Shown here: in pieces, positions 12,001 to 23,952 of the stretch
Layout of the letters: each line of letters starts with the position of its first letter
Numbering within the stretch: position 1 is the stretch's first letter
From: Flectonema sp. DT1601
Lineage: Eukaryota
Reading direction: 5' to 3'
Assembly: GCA_964019425.1 (NCBI GenBank)
Contig: OZ025805.1
Coordinates: 1-64,000, forward strand
DNA length: 64,000 nucleotides
Made by a program: the position numbers and the translations under genes
The notes under the pieces: model-generated
Seen by the model: only the letters and a program-made list of their open reading frames with translations
What the model was told of the DNA's origin: nothing
Database searches by the model: none

Positions 12001-15000
12001 GGGTTTGCGGGTTTGCGGGTTTGCGGGTTTGCGGGTTTGCGGGTTTGCGGGTTTGCGGGTTTGCGGGTTTGCGGGTTTGCGGGTTTGCGGGTTTGCGGGT
12101 TTGCGGGTTTGCGGGTTTGCGGGTTTGCGGGTTTGCGGGTTTGCGGGTTTGCGGGTTTGCGGGTTTGCGGGTTTGCGGGTTTGCGGGTTTGCGGGTTTGC
12201 GGGTTTGCGGGTTTGCGGGTTTGCGGGTTTGCGGGTTTGCGGGTTTGCGGGTTTGCGGGTTTGCGGGTTTGCGGGTTTGCGGGTTTGCGGGTTTGCGGGT
12301 TTGCGGGTTTGCGGGTTTGCGGGTTTGCGGGTTTGCGGGTTTGCGGGTTTGCGGGTTTGCGGGTTTGCGGGTTTGCGGGTTTGCGGGTTTGCGGGTTTGC
12401 GGGTTTGCGGGTTTGCGGGTTTGCGGGTTTGCGGGTTTGCGGGTTTGCGGGTTTGCGGGTTTGCGGGTTTGCGGGTTTGCGGGTTTGCGGGTTTGCGGGT
12501 TTGCGGGTTTGCGGGTTTGCGGGTTTGCGGGTTTGCGGGTTTGCGGGTTTGCGGGTTTGCGGGTTTGCGGGTTTGCGGGTTTGCGGGTTTGCGGGTTTGC
12601 GGGTTTGCGGGTTTGCGGGTTTGCGGGTTTGCGGGTTTGCGGGTTTGCGGGTTTGCGGGTTTGCGGGTTTGCGGGTTTGCGGGTTTGCGGGTTTGCGGGT
12701 TTGCGGGTTTGCGGGTTTGCGGGTTTGCGGGTTTGCGGGTTTGCGGGTTTGCGGGTTTGCGGGTTTGCGGGTTTGCGGGTTTGCGGGTTTGCGGGTTTGC
12801 GGGTTTGCGGGTTTGCGGGTTTGCGGGTTTGCGGGTTTGCGGGTTTGCGGGTTTGCGGGTTTGCGGGTTTGCGGGTTTGCGGGTTTGCGGGTTTGCGGGT
12901 TTGCGGGTTTGCGGGTTTGCGGGTTTGCGGGTTTGCGGGTTTGCGGGTTTGCGGGTTTGCGGGTTTGCGGGTTTGCGGGTTTGCGGGTTTGCGGGTTTGC
13001 GGGTTTGCGGGTTTGCGGGTTTGCGGGTTTGCGGGTTTGCGGGTTTGCGGGTTTGCGGGTTTGCGGGTTTGCGGGTTTGCGGGTTTGCGGGTTTGCGGGT
13101 TTGCGGGTTTGCGGGTTTGCGGGTTTGCGGGTTTGCGGGTTTGCGGGTTTGCGGGTTTGCGGGTTTGCGGGTTTGCGGGTTTGCGGGTTTGCGGGTTTGC
13201 GGGTTTGCGGGTTTGCGGGTTTGCGGGTTTGCGGGTTTGCGGGTTTGCGGGTTTGCGGGTTTGCGGGTTTGCGGGTTTGCGGGTTTGCGGGTTTGCGGGT
13301 TTGCGGGTTTGCGGGTTTGCGGGTTTGCGGGTTTGCGGGTTTGCGGGTTTGCGGGTTTGCGGGTTTGCGGGTTTGCGGGTTTGCGGGTTTGCGGGTTTGC
13401 GGGTTTGCGGGTTTGCGGGTTTGCGGGTTTGCGGGTTTGCGGGTTTGCGGGTTTGCGGGTTTGCGGGTTTGCGGGTTTGCGGGTTTGCGGGTTTGCGGGT
13501 TTGCGGGTTTGCGGGTTTGCGGGTTTGCGGGTTTGCGGGTTTGCGGGTTTGCGGGTTTGCGGGTTTGCGGGTTTGCGGGTTTGCGGGTTTGCGGGTTTGC
13601 GGGTTTGCGGGTTTGCGGGTTTGCGGGTTTGCGGGTTTGCGGGTTTGCGGGTTTGCGGGTTTGCGGGTTTGCGGGTTTGCGGGTTTGCGGGTTTGCGGGT
13701 TTGCGGGTTTGCGGGTTTGCGGGTTTGCGGGTTTGCGGGTTTGCGGGTTTGCGGGTTTGCGGGTTTGCGGGTTTGCGGGTTTGCGGGTTTGCGGGTTTGC
13801 GGGTTTGCGGGTTTGCGGGTTTGCGGGTTTGCGGGTTTGCGGGTTTGCGGGTTTGCGGGTTTGCGGGTTTGCGGGTTTGCGGGTTTGCGGGTTTGCGGGT
13901 TTGCGGGTTTGCGGGTTTGCGGGTTTGCGGGTTTGCGGGTTTGCGGGTTTGCGGGTTTGCGGGTTTGCGGGTTTGCGGGTTTGCGGGTTTGCGGGTTTGC
14001 GGGTTTGCGGGTTTGCGGGTTTGCGGGTTTGCGGGTTTGCGGGTTTGCGGGTTTGCGGGTTTGCGGGTTTGCGGGTTTGCGGGTTTGCGGGTTTGCGGGT
14101 TTGCGGGTTTGCGGGTTTGCGGGTTTGCGGGTTTGCGGGTTTGCGGGTTTGCGGGTTTGCGGGTTTGCGGGTTTGCGGGTTTGCGGGTTTGCGGGTTTGC
14201 GGGTTTGCGGGTTTGCGGGTTTGCGGGTTTGCGGGTTTGCGGGTTTGCGGGTTTGCGGGTTTGCGGGTTTGCGGGTTTGCGGGTTTGCGGGTTTGCGGGT
14301 TTGCGGGTTTGCGGGTTTGCGGGTTTGCGGGTTTGCGGGTTTGCGGGTTTGCGGGTTTGCGGGTTTGCGGGTTTGCGGGTTTGCGGGTTTGCGGGTTTGC
14401 GGGTTTGCGGGTTTGCGGGTTTGCGGGTTTGCGGGTTTGCGGGTTTGCGGGTTTGCGGGTTTGCGGGTTTGCGGGTTTGCGGGTTTGCGGGTTTGCGGGT
14501 TTGCGGGTTTGCGGGTTTGCGGGTTTGCGGGTTTGCGGGTTTGCGGGTTTGCGGGTTTGCGGGTTTGCGGGTTTGCGGGTTTGCGGGTTTGCGGGTTTGC
14601 GGGTTTGCGGGTTTGCGGGTTTGCGGGTTTGCGGGTTTGCGGGTTTGCGGGTTTGCGGGTTTGCGGGTTTGCGGGTTTGCGGGTTTGCGGGTTTGCGGGT
14701 TTGCGGGTTTGCGGGTTTGCGGGTTTGCGGGTTTGCGGGTTTGCGGGTTTGCGGGTTTGCGGGTTTGCGGGTTTGCGGGTTTGCGGGTTTGCGGGTTTGC
14801 GGGTTTGCGGGTTTGCGGGTTTGCGGGTTTGCGGGTTTGCGGGTTTGCGGGTTTGCGGGTTTGCGGGTTTGCGGGTTTGCGGGTTTGCGGGTTTGCGGGT
14901 TTGCGGGTTTGCGGGTTTGCGGGTTTGCGGGTTTGCGGGTTTGCGGGTTTGCGGGTTTGCGGGTTTGCGGGTTTGCGGGTTTGCGGGTTTGCGGGTTTGC

Positions 15001-18000
15001 GGGTTTGCGGGTTTGCGGGTTTGCGGGTTTGCGGGTTTGCGGGTTTGCGGGTTTGCGGGTTTGCGGGTTTGCGGGTTTGCGGGTTTGCGGGTTTGCGGGT
15101 TTGCGGGTTTGCGGGTTTGCGGGTTTGCGGGTTTGCGGGTTTGCGGGTTTGCGGGTTTGCGGGTTTGCGGGTTTGCGGGTTTGCGGGTTTGCGGGTTTGC
15201 GGGTTTGCGGGTTTGCGGGTTTGCGGGTTTGCGGGTTTGCGGGTTTGCGGGTTTGCGGGTTTGCGGGTTTGCGGGTTTGCGGGTTTGCGGGTTTGCGGGT
15301 TTGCGGGTTTGCGGGTTTGCGGGTTTGCGGGTTTGCGGGTTTGCGGGTTTGCGGGTTTGCGGGTTTGCGGGTTTGCGGGTTTGCGGGTTTGCGGGTTTGC
15401 GGGTTTGCGGGTTTGCGGGTTTGCGGGTTTGCGGGTTTGCGGGTTTGCGGGTTTGCGGGTTTGCGGGTTTGCGGGTTTGCGGGTTTGCGGGTTTGCGGGT
15501 TTGCGGGTTTGCGGGTTTGCGGGTTTGCGGGTTTGCGGGTTTGCGGGTTTGCGGGTTTGCGGGTTTGCGGGTTTGCGGGTTTGCGGGTTTGCGGGTTTGC
15601 GGGTTTGCGGGTTTGCGGGTTTGCGGGTTTGCGGGTTTGCGGGTTTGCGGGTTTGCGGGTTTGCGGGTTTGCGGGTTTGCGGGTTTGCGGGTTTGCGGGT
15701 TTGCGGGTTTGCGGGTTTGCGGGTTTGCGGGTTTGCGGGTTTGCGGGTTTGCGGGTTTGCGGGTTTGCGGGTTTGCGGGTTTGCGGGTTTGCGGGTTTGC
15801 GGGTTTGCGGGTTTGCGGGTTTGCGGGTTTGCGGGTTTGCGGGTTTGCGGGTTTGCGGGTTTGCGGGTTTGCGGGTTTGCGGGTTTGCGGGTTTGCGGGT
15901 TTGCGGGTTTGCGGGTTTGCGGGTTTGCGGGTTTGCGGGTTTGCGGGTTTGCGGGTTTGCGGGTTTGCGGGTTTGCGGGTTTGCGGGTTTGCGGGTTTGC
16001 GGGTTTGCGGGTTTGCGGGTTTGCGGGTTTGCGGGTTTGCGGGTTTGCGGGTTTGCGGGTTTGCGGGTTTGCGGGTTTGCGGGTTTGCGGGTTTGCGGGT
16101 TTGCGGGTTTGCGGGTTTGCGGGTTTGCGGGTTTGCGGGTTTGCGGGTTTGCGGGTTTGCGGGTTTGCGGGTTTGCGGGTTTGCGGGTTTGCGGGTTTGC
16201 GGGTTTGCGGGTTTGCGGGTTTGCGGGTTTGCGGGTTTGCGGGTTTGCGGGTTTGCGGGTTTGCGGGTTTGCGGGTTTGCGGGTTTGCGGGTTTGCGGGT
16301 TTGCGGGTTTGCGGGTTTGCGGGTTTGCGGGTTTGCGGGTTTGCGGGTTTGCGGGTTTGCGGGTTTGCGGGTTTGCGGGTTTGCGGGTTTGCGGGTTTGC
16401 GGGTTTGCGGGTTTGCGGGTTTGCGGGTTTGCGGGTTTGCGGGTTTGCGGGTTTGCGGGTTTGCGGGTTTGCGGGTTTGCGGGTTTGCGGGTTTGCGGGT
16501 TTGCGGGTTTGCGGGTTTGCGGGTTTGCGGGTTTGCGGGTTTGCGGGTTTGCGGGTTTGCGGGTTTGCGGGTTTGCGGGTTTGCGGGTTTGCGGGTTTGC
16601 GGGTTTGCGGGTTTGCGGGTTTGCGGGTTTGCGGGTTTGCGGGTTTGCGGGTTTGCGGGTTTGCGGGTTTGCGGGTTTGCGGGTTTGCGGGTTTGCGGGT
16701 TTGCGGGTTTGCGGGTTTGCGGGTTTGCGGGTTTGCGGGTTTGCGGGTTTGCGGGTTTGCGGGTTTGCGGGTTTGCGGGTTTGCGGGTTTGCGGGTTTGC
16801 GGGTTTGCGGGTTTGCGGGTTTGCGGGTTTGCGGGTTTGCGGGTTTGCGGGTTTGCGGGTTTGCGGGTTTGCGGGTTTGCGGGTTTGCGGGTTTGCGGGT
16901 TTGCGGGTTTGCGGGTTTGCGGGTTTGCGGGTTTGCGGGTTTGCGGGTTTGCGGGTTTGCGGGTTTGCGGGTTTGCGGGTTTGCGGGTTTGCGGGTTTGC
17001 GGGTTTGCGGGTTTGCGGGTTTGCGGGTTTGCGGGTTTGCGGGTTTGCGGGTTTGCGGGTTTGCGGGTTTGCGGGTTTGCGGGTTTGCGGGTTTGCGGGT
17101 TTGCGGGTTTGCGGGTTTGCGGGTTTGCGGGTTTGCGGGTTTGCGGGTTTGCGGGTTTGCGGGTTTGCGGGTTTGCGGGTTTGCGGGTTTGCGGGTTTGC
17201 GGGTTTGCGGGTTTGCGGGTTTGCGGGTTTGCGGGTTTGCGGGTTTGCGGGTTTGCGGGTTTGCGGGTTTGCGGGTTTGCGGGTTTGCGGGTTTGCGGGT
17301 TTGCGGGTTTGCGGGTTTGCGGGTTTGCGGGTTTGCGGGTTTGCGGGTTTGCGGGTTTGCGGGTTTGCGGGTTTGCGGGTTTGCGGGTTTGCGGGTTTGC
17401 GGGTTTGCGGGTTTGCGGGTTTGCGGGTTTGCGGGTTTGCGGGTTTGCGGGTTTGCGGGTTTGCGGGTTTGCGGGTTTGCGGGTTTGCGGGTTTGCGGGT
17501 TTGCGGGTTTGCGGGTTTGCGGGTTTGCGGGTTTGCGGGTTTGCGGGTTTGCGGGTTTGCGGGTTTGCGGGTTTGCGGGTTTGCGGGTTTGCGGGTTTGC
17601 GGGTTTGCGGGTTTGCGGGTTTGCGGGTTTGCGGGTTTGCGGGTTTGCGGGTTTGCGGGTTTGCGGGTTTGCGGGTTTGCGGGTTTGCGGGTTTGCGGGT
17701 TTGCGGGTTTGCGGGTTTGCGGGTTTGCGGGTTTGCGGGTTTGCGGGTTTGCGGGTTTGCGGGTTTGCGGGTTTGCGGGTTTGCGGGTTTGCGGGTTTGC
17801 GGGTTTGCGGGTTTGCGGGTTTGCGGGTTTGCGGGTTTGCGGGTTTGCGGGTTTGCGGGTTTGCGGGTTTGCGGGTTTGCGGGTTTGCGGGTTTGCGGGT
17901 TTGCGGGTTTGCGGGTTTGCGGGTTTGCGGGTTTGCGGGTTTGCGGGTTTGCGGGTTTGCGGGTTTGCGGGTTTGCGGGTTTGCGGGTTTGCGGGTTTGC

Positions 18001-20835
18001 GGGTTTGCGGGTTTGCGGGTTTGCGGGTTTGCGGGTTTGCGGGTTTGCGGGTTTGCGGGTTTGCGGGTTTGCGGGTTTGCGGGTTTGCGGGTTTGCGGGT
18101 TTGCGGGTTTGCGGGTTTGCGGGTTTGCGGGTTTGCGGGTTTGCGGGTTTGCGGGTTTGCGGGTTTGCGGGTTTGCGGGTTTGCGGGTTTGCGGGTTTGC
18201 GGGTTTGCGGGTTTGCGGGTTTGCGGGTTTGCGGGTTTGCGGGTTTGCGGGTTTGCGGGTTTGCGGGTTTGCGGGTTTGCGGGTTTGCGGGTTTGCGGGT
18301 TTGCGGGTTTGCGGGTTTGCGGGTTTGCGGGTTTGCGGGTTTGCGGGTTTGCGGGTTTGCGGGTTTGCGGGTTTGCGGGTTTGCGGGTTTGCGGGTTTGC
18401 GGGTTTGCGGGTTTGCGGGTTTGCGGGTTTGCGGGTTTGCGGGTTTGCGGGTTTGCGGGTTTGCGGGTTTGCGGGTTTGCGGGTTTGCGGGTTTGCGGGT
18501 TTGCGGGTTTGCGGGTTTGCGGGTTTGCGGGTTTGCGGGTTTGCGGGTTTGCGGGTTTGCGGGTTTGCGGGTTTGCGGGTTTGCGGGTTTGCGGGTTTGC
18601 GGGTTTGCGGGTTTGCGGGTTTGCGGGTTTGCGGGTTTGCGGGTTTGCGGGTTTGCGGGTTTGCGGGTTTGCGGGTTTGCGGGTTTGCGGGTTTGCGGGT
18701 TTGCGGGTTTGCGGGTTTGCGGGTTTGCGGGTTTGCGGGTTTGCGGGTTTGCGGGTTTGCGGGTTTGCGGGTTTGCGGGTTTGCGGGTTTGCGGGTTTGC
18801 GGGTTTGCGGGTTTGCGGGTTTGCGGGTTTGCGGGTTTGCGGGTTTGCGGGTTTGCGGGTTTGCGGGTTTGCGGGTTTGCGGGTTTGCGGGTTTGCGGGT
18901 TTGCGGGTTTGCGGGTTTGCGGGTTTGCGGGTTTGCGGGTTTGCGGGTTTGCGGGTTTGCGGGTTTGCGGGTTTGCGGGTTTGCGGGTTTGCGGGTTTGC
19001 GGGTTTGCGGGTTTGCGGGTTTGCGGGTTTGCGGGTTTGCGGGTTTGCGGGTTTGCGGGTTTGCGGGTTTGCGGGTTTGCGGGTTTGCGGGTTTGCGGGT
19101 TTGCGGGTTTGCGGGTTTGCGGGTTTGCGGGTTTGCGGGTTTGCGGGTTTGCGGGTTTGCGGGTTTGCGGGTTTGCGGGTTTGCGGGTTTGCGGGTTTGC
19201 GGGTTTGCGGGTTTGCGGGTTTGCGGGTTTGCGGGTTTGCGGGTTTGCGGGTTTGCGGGTTTGCGGGTTTGCGGGTTTGCGGGTTTGCGGGTTTGCGGGT
19301 TTGCGGGTTTGCGGGTTTGCGGGTTTGCGGGTTTGCGGGTTTGCGGGTTTGCGGGTTTGCGGGTTTGCGGGTTTGCGGGTTTGCGGGTTTGCGGGTTTGC
19401 GGGTTTGCGGGTTTGCGGGTTTGCGGGTTTGCGGGTTTGCGGGTTTGCGGGTTTGCGGGTTTGCGGGTTTGCGGGTTTGCGGGTTTGCGGGTTTGCGGGT
19501 TTGCGGGTTTGCGGGTTTGCGGGTTTGCGGGTTTGCGGGTTTGCGGGTTTGCGGGTTTGCGGGTTTGCGGGTTTGCGGGTTTGCGGGTTTGCGGGTTTGC
19601 GGGTTTGCGGGTTTGCGGGTTTGCGGGTTTGCGGGTTTGCGGGTTTGCGGGTTTGCGGGTTTGCGGGTTTGCGGGTTTGCGGGTTTGCGGGTTTGCGGGT
19701 TTGCGGGTTTGCGGGTTTGCGGGTTTGCGGGTTTGCGGGTTTGCGGGTTTGCGGGTTTGCGGGTTTGCGGGTTTGCGGGTTTGCGGGTTTGCGGGTTTGC
19801 GGGTTTGCGGGTTTGCGGGTTTGCGGGTTTGCGGGTTTGCGGGTTTGCGGGTTTGCGGGTTTGCGGGTTTGCGGGTTTGCGGGTTTGCGGGTTTGCGGGT
19901 TTGCGGGTTTGCGGGTTTGCGGGTTTGCGGGTTTGCGGGTTTGCGGGTTTGCGGGTTTGCGGGTTTGCGGGTTTGCGGGTTTGCGGGTTTGCGGGTTTGC
20001 GGGTTTGCGGGTTTGCGGGTTTGCGGGTTTGCGGGTTTGCGGGTTTGCGGGTTTGCGGGTTTGCGGGTTTGCGGGTTTGCGGGTTTGCGGGTTTGCGGGT
20101 TTGCGGGTTTGCGGGTTTGCGGGTTTGCGGGTTTGCGGGTTTGCGGGTTTGCGGGTTTGCGGGTTTGCGGGTTTGCGGGTTTGCGGGTTTGCGGGTTTGC
20201 GGGTTTGCGGGTTTGCGGGTTTGCGGGTTTGCGGGTTTGCGGGTTTGCGGGTTTGCGGGTTTGCGGGTTTGCGGGTTTGCGGGTTTGCGGGTTTGCGGGT
20301 TTGCGGGTTTGCGGGTTTGCGGGTTTGCGGGTTTGCGGGTTTGCGGGTTTGCGGGTTTGCGGGTTTGCGGGTTTGCGGGTTTGCGGGTTTGCGGGTTTGC
20401 GGGTTTGCGGGTTTGCGGGTTTGCGGGTTTGCGGGTTTGCGGGTTTGCGGGTTTGCGGGTTTGCGGGTTTGCGGGTTTGCGGGTTTGCGGGTTTGCGGGT
20501 TTGCGGGTTTGCGGGTTTGCGGGTTTGCGGGTTTGCGGGTTTGCGGGTTTGCGGGTTTGCGGGTTTGCGGGTTTGCGGGTTTGCGGGTTTGCGGGTTTGC
20601 GGGTTTGCGGGTTTGCGGGTTTGCGGGTTTGCGGGTTTGCGGGTTTGCGGGTTTGCGGGTTTGCGGGTTTGCGGGTTTGCGGGTTTGCGGGTTTGCGGGT
20701 TTGCGGGTTTGCGGGTTTGCGGGTTTGCGGGTTTGCGGGTTTGCGGGTTTGCGGGTTTGCGGGTTTGCGGGTTTGCGGGTTTGCGGGTTTGCGGGTTTGC
20801 GGGTTTGCGGGTTTGCGGGTTTGCGGGTTTGCGGG
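1..20835 (+). repeat. Giant 8-bp tandem satellite (GGGTTTGC)n, about 2600 units, running off the left edge of the window
   Basis: Read directly. Only three irregularities were seen (near 6945, 8378 and 8674). It ends at ...tttgcggg|gaaccgctcgg. Confidence 0.99.
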
Positions 20836-21132
20836 GAACCGCTCGGCATTCTCAGTGAAGTACTGTTGAAAAGGAAAAGTCATAAAGGAGAGTCTGATAA
20901 AAACAATCACACGAATTAACCACATAACAAGATACTAGCATCATAAGCCTCATGTCGTCTTAGCTTTCCCATTTTCTCAGCTGAATAAAATGATGATGAG
21001 AAAGACAAAGGAGAACCAAGTTAACACGAAGCAACTCATTCACGAAGGGGTAATGGGAAAACGGCACGGCATGCTTGTACAATTGCATGTTCGACCACGG
21101 CCTAAAATCGGCCAGGGGAAAGGTTGGCACCG

Positions 21133-23952
21133 TCACACCACCACCACATCGCGAGTCAGAAAGGCCCTCACCGCAAGTTCAACTTCCCGCTGATGCTCCG
21201 ATGAGCCTATAACTCCTGGATCCACCCTCGGTGGCAAGTCTGCTGGGTTCAGCGCTGACTTCACATAAGCAATACAGAAACTAACCTTTCTGTCTGCCAG
21301 CACATCGATGGCCTGCACGACCGCATCGTTCAGCCGTTGCGATCGGACTGACATCTTCTTCCGTGCTACGCCAATGACTGACGTGTTGTCGATCCAGATG
21401 GACATTCGCTTGCCATCACAGCAAACCGGCATCCCCGAGACCGTGTTCCTGAACGCCATCCCCTCGAGAACATTGATGTGGAGCGACTGTTCCGAAGGAC
21501 CCCACGCATCCCCCAAGACAGTAACCTCGGCCGTCCTGTCGTTCACAACCACTCCACCCCAACCTCTCAACGACGCATCCACGAACGTCGTGAACCCATC
21601 TTGATCTGGCTCCCGCGCAACCACCCTCCTCGTCACAGCGGCAGCCGACCAACTGCGCAACTCCATCGCGACCGAAACAGGGACCGACACTACATCATGC
21701 ACCTGCCTCACCCCGCGGTTCAAACCGTTCGACAACCTCCGCAAGAACTTCAAGGCATACCAGTATTTCCCCGGAGACGCCGCAGCGATCGCCGACGCAT
21801 GCATCAGCCTCCCAGCCATCGACTCCAACTGACTCGCCGTCACAGACGACAAGTCCACCGCCGCCAACTTCCGCCGGATCTTCGCTGACGGCATGACCGA
21901 CGACGCCTCGTGGTCAAAGTCCACACCCAAAAATGTGTACTTGCTCACCGCCGTATTCGAGTCAGACGGCTTCCATGTAAGACGGAAATCCGCCGCCGCA
22001 GCATCGAGATTCACCGTCGCCGCCAACACCGCGCCTTCCGTCCCCGTGTACCGAATGTTGTCGATGAACACGTCAACGCCAACATCCCTGGCAGCCCACT
22101 GACGTCGCACGTAAGCTGGATCCCCCGCAGCCGCCGCTGCCAAAGAGTGCATCAGCTCCGGCGCGCAGACATGCCCCATCGGTAAACGGCACAGCTCGAA
22201 CCATTCACCCTCCGTCGTCTTGAATCGGAAGAGATCTCTCGCTTCCTCCGGGATTTCAATAGCATAAAAACCTGTCTTGAAATCCCGTGTCGAGCCAACC
22301 TCGGTCAGAACCCGATCCAAATATTTTGAGATGTGGAACAGCGGGACGTGAGCTTCGTAAGCTTCTTCGGCCCAACCATTCGCATCCCTCGTCCAAAGGA
22401 TGAACCGCTGCCGCAGTCCCTCCGGCTTCTCCTCCACCACGGTGAATGGAACGTTCACCGCTCTCCCCGGTCCACTCGCAGCTCGCGCGATCCCGTTCCT
22501 CAGCAACTCCGCAGCGTGCCTCCCAGCGAAAGATGAAGTAGACGACGAGCGACTCAACTTCCCCACCTCCGGATAAAAGGTCAAGTTCCACACCTGATCG
22601 AACCTATCCCTCGCAACATCAGTCATCCTACGTCTGAGTCCGTCAACATCCATCGTCTCAACGCCACTCACATGCAAAGGCGACGAACGTTCCTCCGCCG
22701 TCGACGGCAGTCTTGTCCGCTTGCCCCTCCTGATGATGCTGTGCGTCGTGCACGGAGACAGCCGCGCCACCGCTTCCATCGCCTCACCTTCGTCGTCAAC
22801 GTCCTCCGCAACTACAGCAGGATGGTGACCTTCCACGTTTGCAGCGCTCGGGCGGTGTCCACGAAATCCGACGAATACCTGATCGTTGTTGCAGAGATGT
22901 TGGTTCCGTCTTCGGCGTGCTTCAACAGTCGTGATACCAGGTACCCTTCTGTGAGCCTTCCCTCGGCCATCGCTCGCATCAAAGCCGCGGCGGCGCCTCG
23001 TTTTATCGAGTGGCCCGTAAAACCCCGCATTCCCGGAGTCCCCCGCCACAACTCTGCCAACCGCTCGGTGGTGACATCCGTCAGCCGATCGAAAGGAGCC
23101 AGCTCCCGAAACAAGCTTGCGATCTCCCCGACCAGATCCCCCCGCAAGACCGCCCAACGGGACGGCACGAACGGGTTTGCTCTCCGGTGTTTTGGCGACG
23201 TCCCCCAGTCCACGATCACTTCCGCGTCCTCCACCAGAACGAAATGCGCCGACGTCAGCACGTGCACTTCTCCCCACCGGGAAGCCGACTTCCAACACAC
23301 CAACGCCGCGAGCCTCAAACGTCCCGTTAGACTTCTCGCCCAACCCAACAGCTGCTCCTTTGACATGGGAACTGCTTGCGAACGCGGAACGGCCGCCCCT
23401 TTTGCCCTCAGCGCGCTTGCCAGGCTGAGGAGCGGTTGGTTTTCCAGACCAAGGCGCCGGTAGATCCCGGACAGCGCCTTTGCGTATTGCAGCTGTCCCT
23501 GCGGTCTCACGTCTGTGGCCAGCACGAACAACGCAGCTGTTTCGGCAGACATTGGCAGACGCTGAGCCAACGCCCATTGTTCCAACCGACCCCAGAGGTT
23601 TCTGCGCTTCGACGAGGTTTCGTCCGCCCACATCGACGCGACGACCACCCCCAGACGCTCCAACGCTGTGTCGTGGTCCACCCTTACTTCCATCGTGTCT
23701 CCACGGTGTCGATCGTCCCTCCGGATGTGTTCGAGGACCACCTTCCCGAAAACCGACGGAACTTCCACCTGCGCAGCGCATCTTCGTTTTCGGAATCCCT
23801 CTTGCGTACTCGCGCAAGGTTCCGGTGCGACGACACTCGTTGACCCACGTCGCATTCCAGCTGGCACCGCGCCGACCAGGAGAGGCCGCGGCCCACTTGC
23901 CGCCCCTCCTCCCGCGACGCCCTCTACGGGTTTGTTTACGGCCAGGATTCAA
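21133..23952 (-). CDS. Reverse transcriptase + RNase H (Pol). RT/RH core from about 22779; the upstream part of the frame overlaps the YR ORF
   Basis: RT motifs RDFKTGFYAI, RLPMGHVCAP, VFIDN and TFLGVDF. DIRS-type RNase H motifs FVDASLRGWGG, HINVLEG, WIDNTSV and NPADLP. Confidence 0.93.
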   Translation of the reverse strand: MNPGRKQTRRGRRGRRGGKWAAASPGRRGASWNATWVNECRRTGTLREYARGIPKTKMRCAGGSSVGFREGGPRTHPEGRSTPWRHDGSKGGPRHSVGASGGGRRVDVGGRNLVEAQKPLGSVGTMGVGSASANVCRNSCVVRAGHRRETAGTAAIRKGAVRDLPAPWSGKPTAPQPGKRAEGKRGGRSAFASSSHVKGAAVGLGEKSNGTFEARGVGVLEVGFPVGRSARADVGAFRSGGGRGSDRGLGDVAKTPESKPVRAVPLGGLAGGSGRGDRKLVSGAGSFRSADGCHHRAVGRVVAGDSGNAGFYGPLDKTRRRRGFDASDGRGKAHRRVPGITTVEARRRRNQHLCNNDQVFVGFRGHRPSAANVEGHHPAVVAEDVDDEGEAMEAVARLSPCTTHSIIRRGKRTRLPSTAEERSSPLHVSGVETMDVDGLRRRMTDVARDRFDQVWNLTFYPEVGKLSRSSSTSSFAGRHAAELLRNGIARAASGPGRAVNVPFTVVEEKPEGLRQRFILWTRDANGWAEEAYEAHVPLFHISKYLDRVLTEVGSTRDFKTGFYAIEIPEEARDLFRFKTTEGEWFELCRLPMGHVCAPELMHSLAAAAAGDPAYVRRQWAARDVGVDVFIDNIRYTGTEGAVLAATVNLDAAAADFRLTWKPSDSNTAVSKYTFLGVDFDHEASSVMPSAKIRRKLAAVDLSSVTASQLESMAGRLMHASAIAAASPGKYWYALKFLRRLSNGLNRGVRQVHDVVSVPVSVAMELRSWSAAAVTRRVVAREPDQDGFTTFVDASLRGWGGVVVNDRTAEVTVLGDAWGPSEQSLHINVLEGMAFRNTVSGMPVCCDGKRMSIWIDNTSVIGVARKKMSVRSQRLNDAVVQAIDVLADRKVSFCIAYVKSALNPADLPPRVDPGVIGSSEHQREVELAVRAFLTRDVVVV
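22812..23867 (-). CDS. Tyrosine recombinase (phage-integrase fold); true start uncertain
   Basis: Catalytic R...K...HxxR...H...Y set is visible: SASRWGE, TSPK, TGHSIKRG, LLKHA, TTIRYS. Same frame as ORF1, separated from it only by TGA at 23949-23951. Confidence 0.92.
   Translation of the reverse strand: MPAGMRRGSTSVVAPEPCASTQEGFRKRRCAAQVEVPSVFGKVVLEHIRRDDRHRGDTMEVRVDHDTALERLGVVVASMWADETSSKRRNLWGRLEQWALAQRLPMSAETAALFVLATDVRPQGQLQYAKALSGIYRRLGLENQPLLSLASALRAKGAAVPRSQAVPMSKEQLLGWARSLTGRLRLAALVCWKSASRWGEVHVLTSAHFVLVEDAEVIVDWGTSPKHRRANPFVPSRWAVLRGDLVGEIASLFRELAPFDRLTDVTTERLAELWRGTPGMRGFTGHSIKRGAAAALMRAMAEGRLTEGYLVSRLLKHAEDGTNISATTIRYSSDFVDTARALQTWKVTILL

Noticed and set aside
1..20835. Telomere
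   Set aside because: The G-rich strand points inward rather than toward a left chromosome end. Not fully excluded without assembly context.
3..20919. Three ~6950-aa ORFs of (LRVCGFAG)n, and similar ORFs at 26666-27093 and 27365-27728
   Set aside because: An 8-bp repeat without stop codons gives the same peptide in all three frames. There is no evidence of coding.
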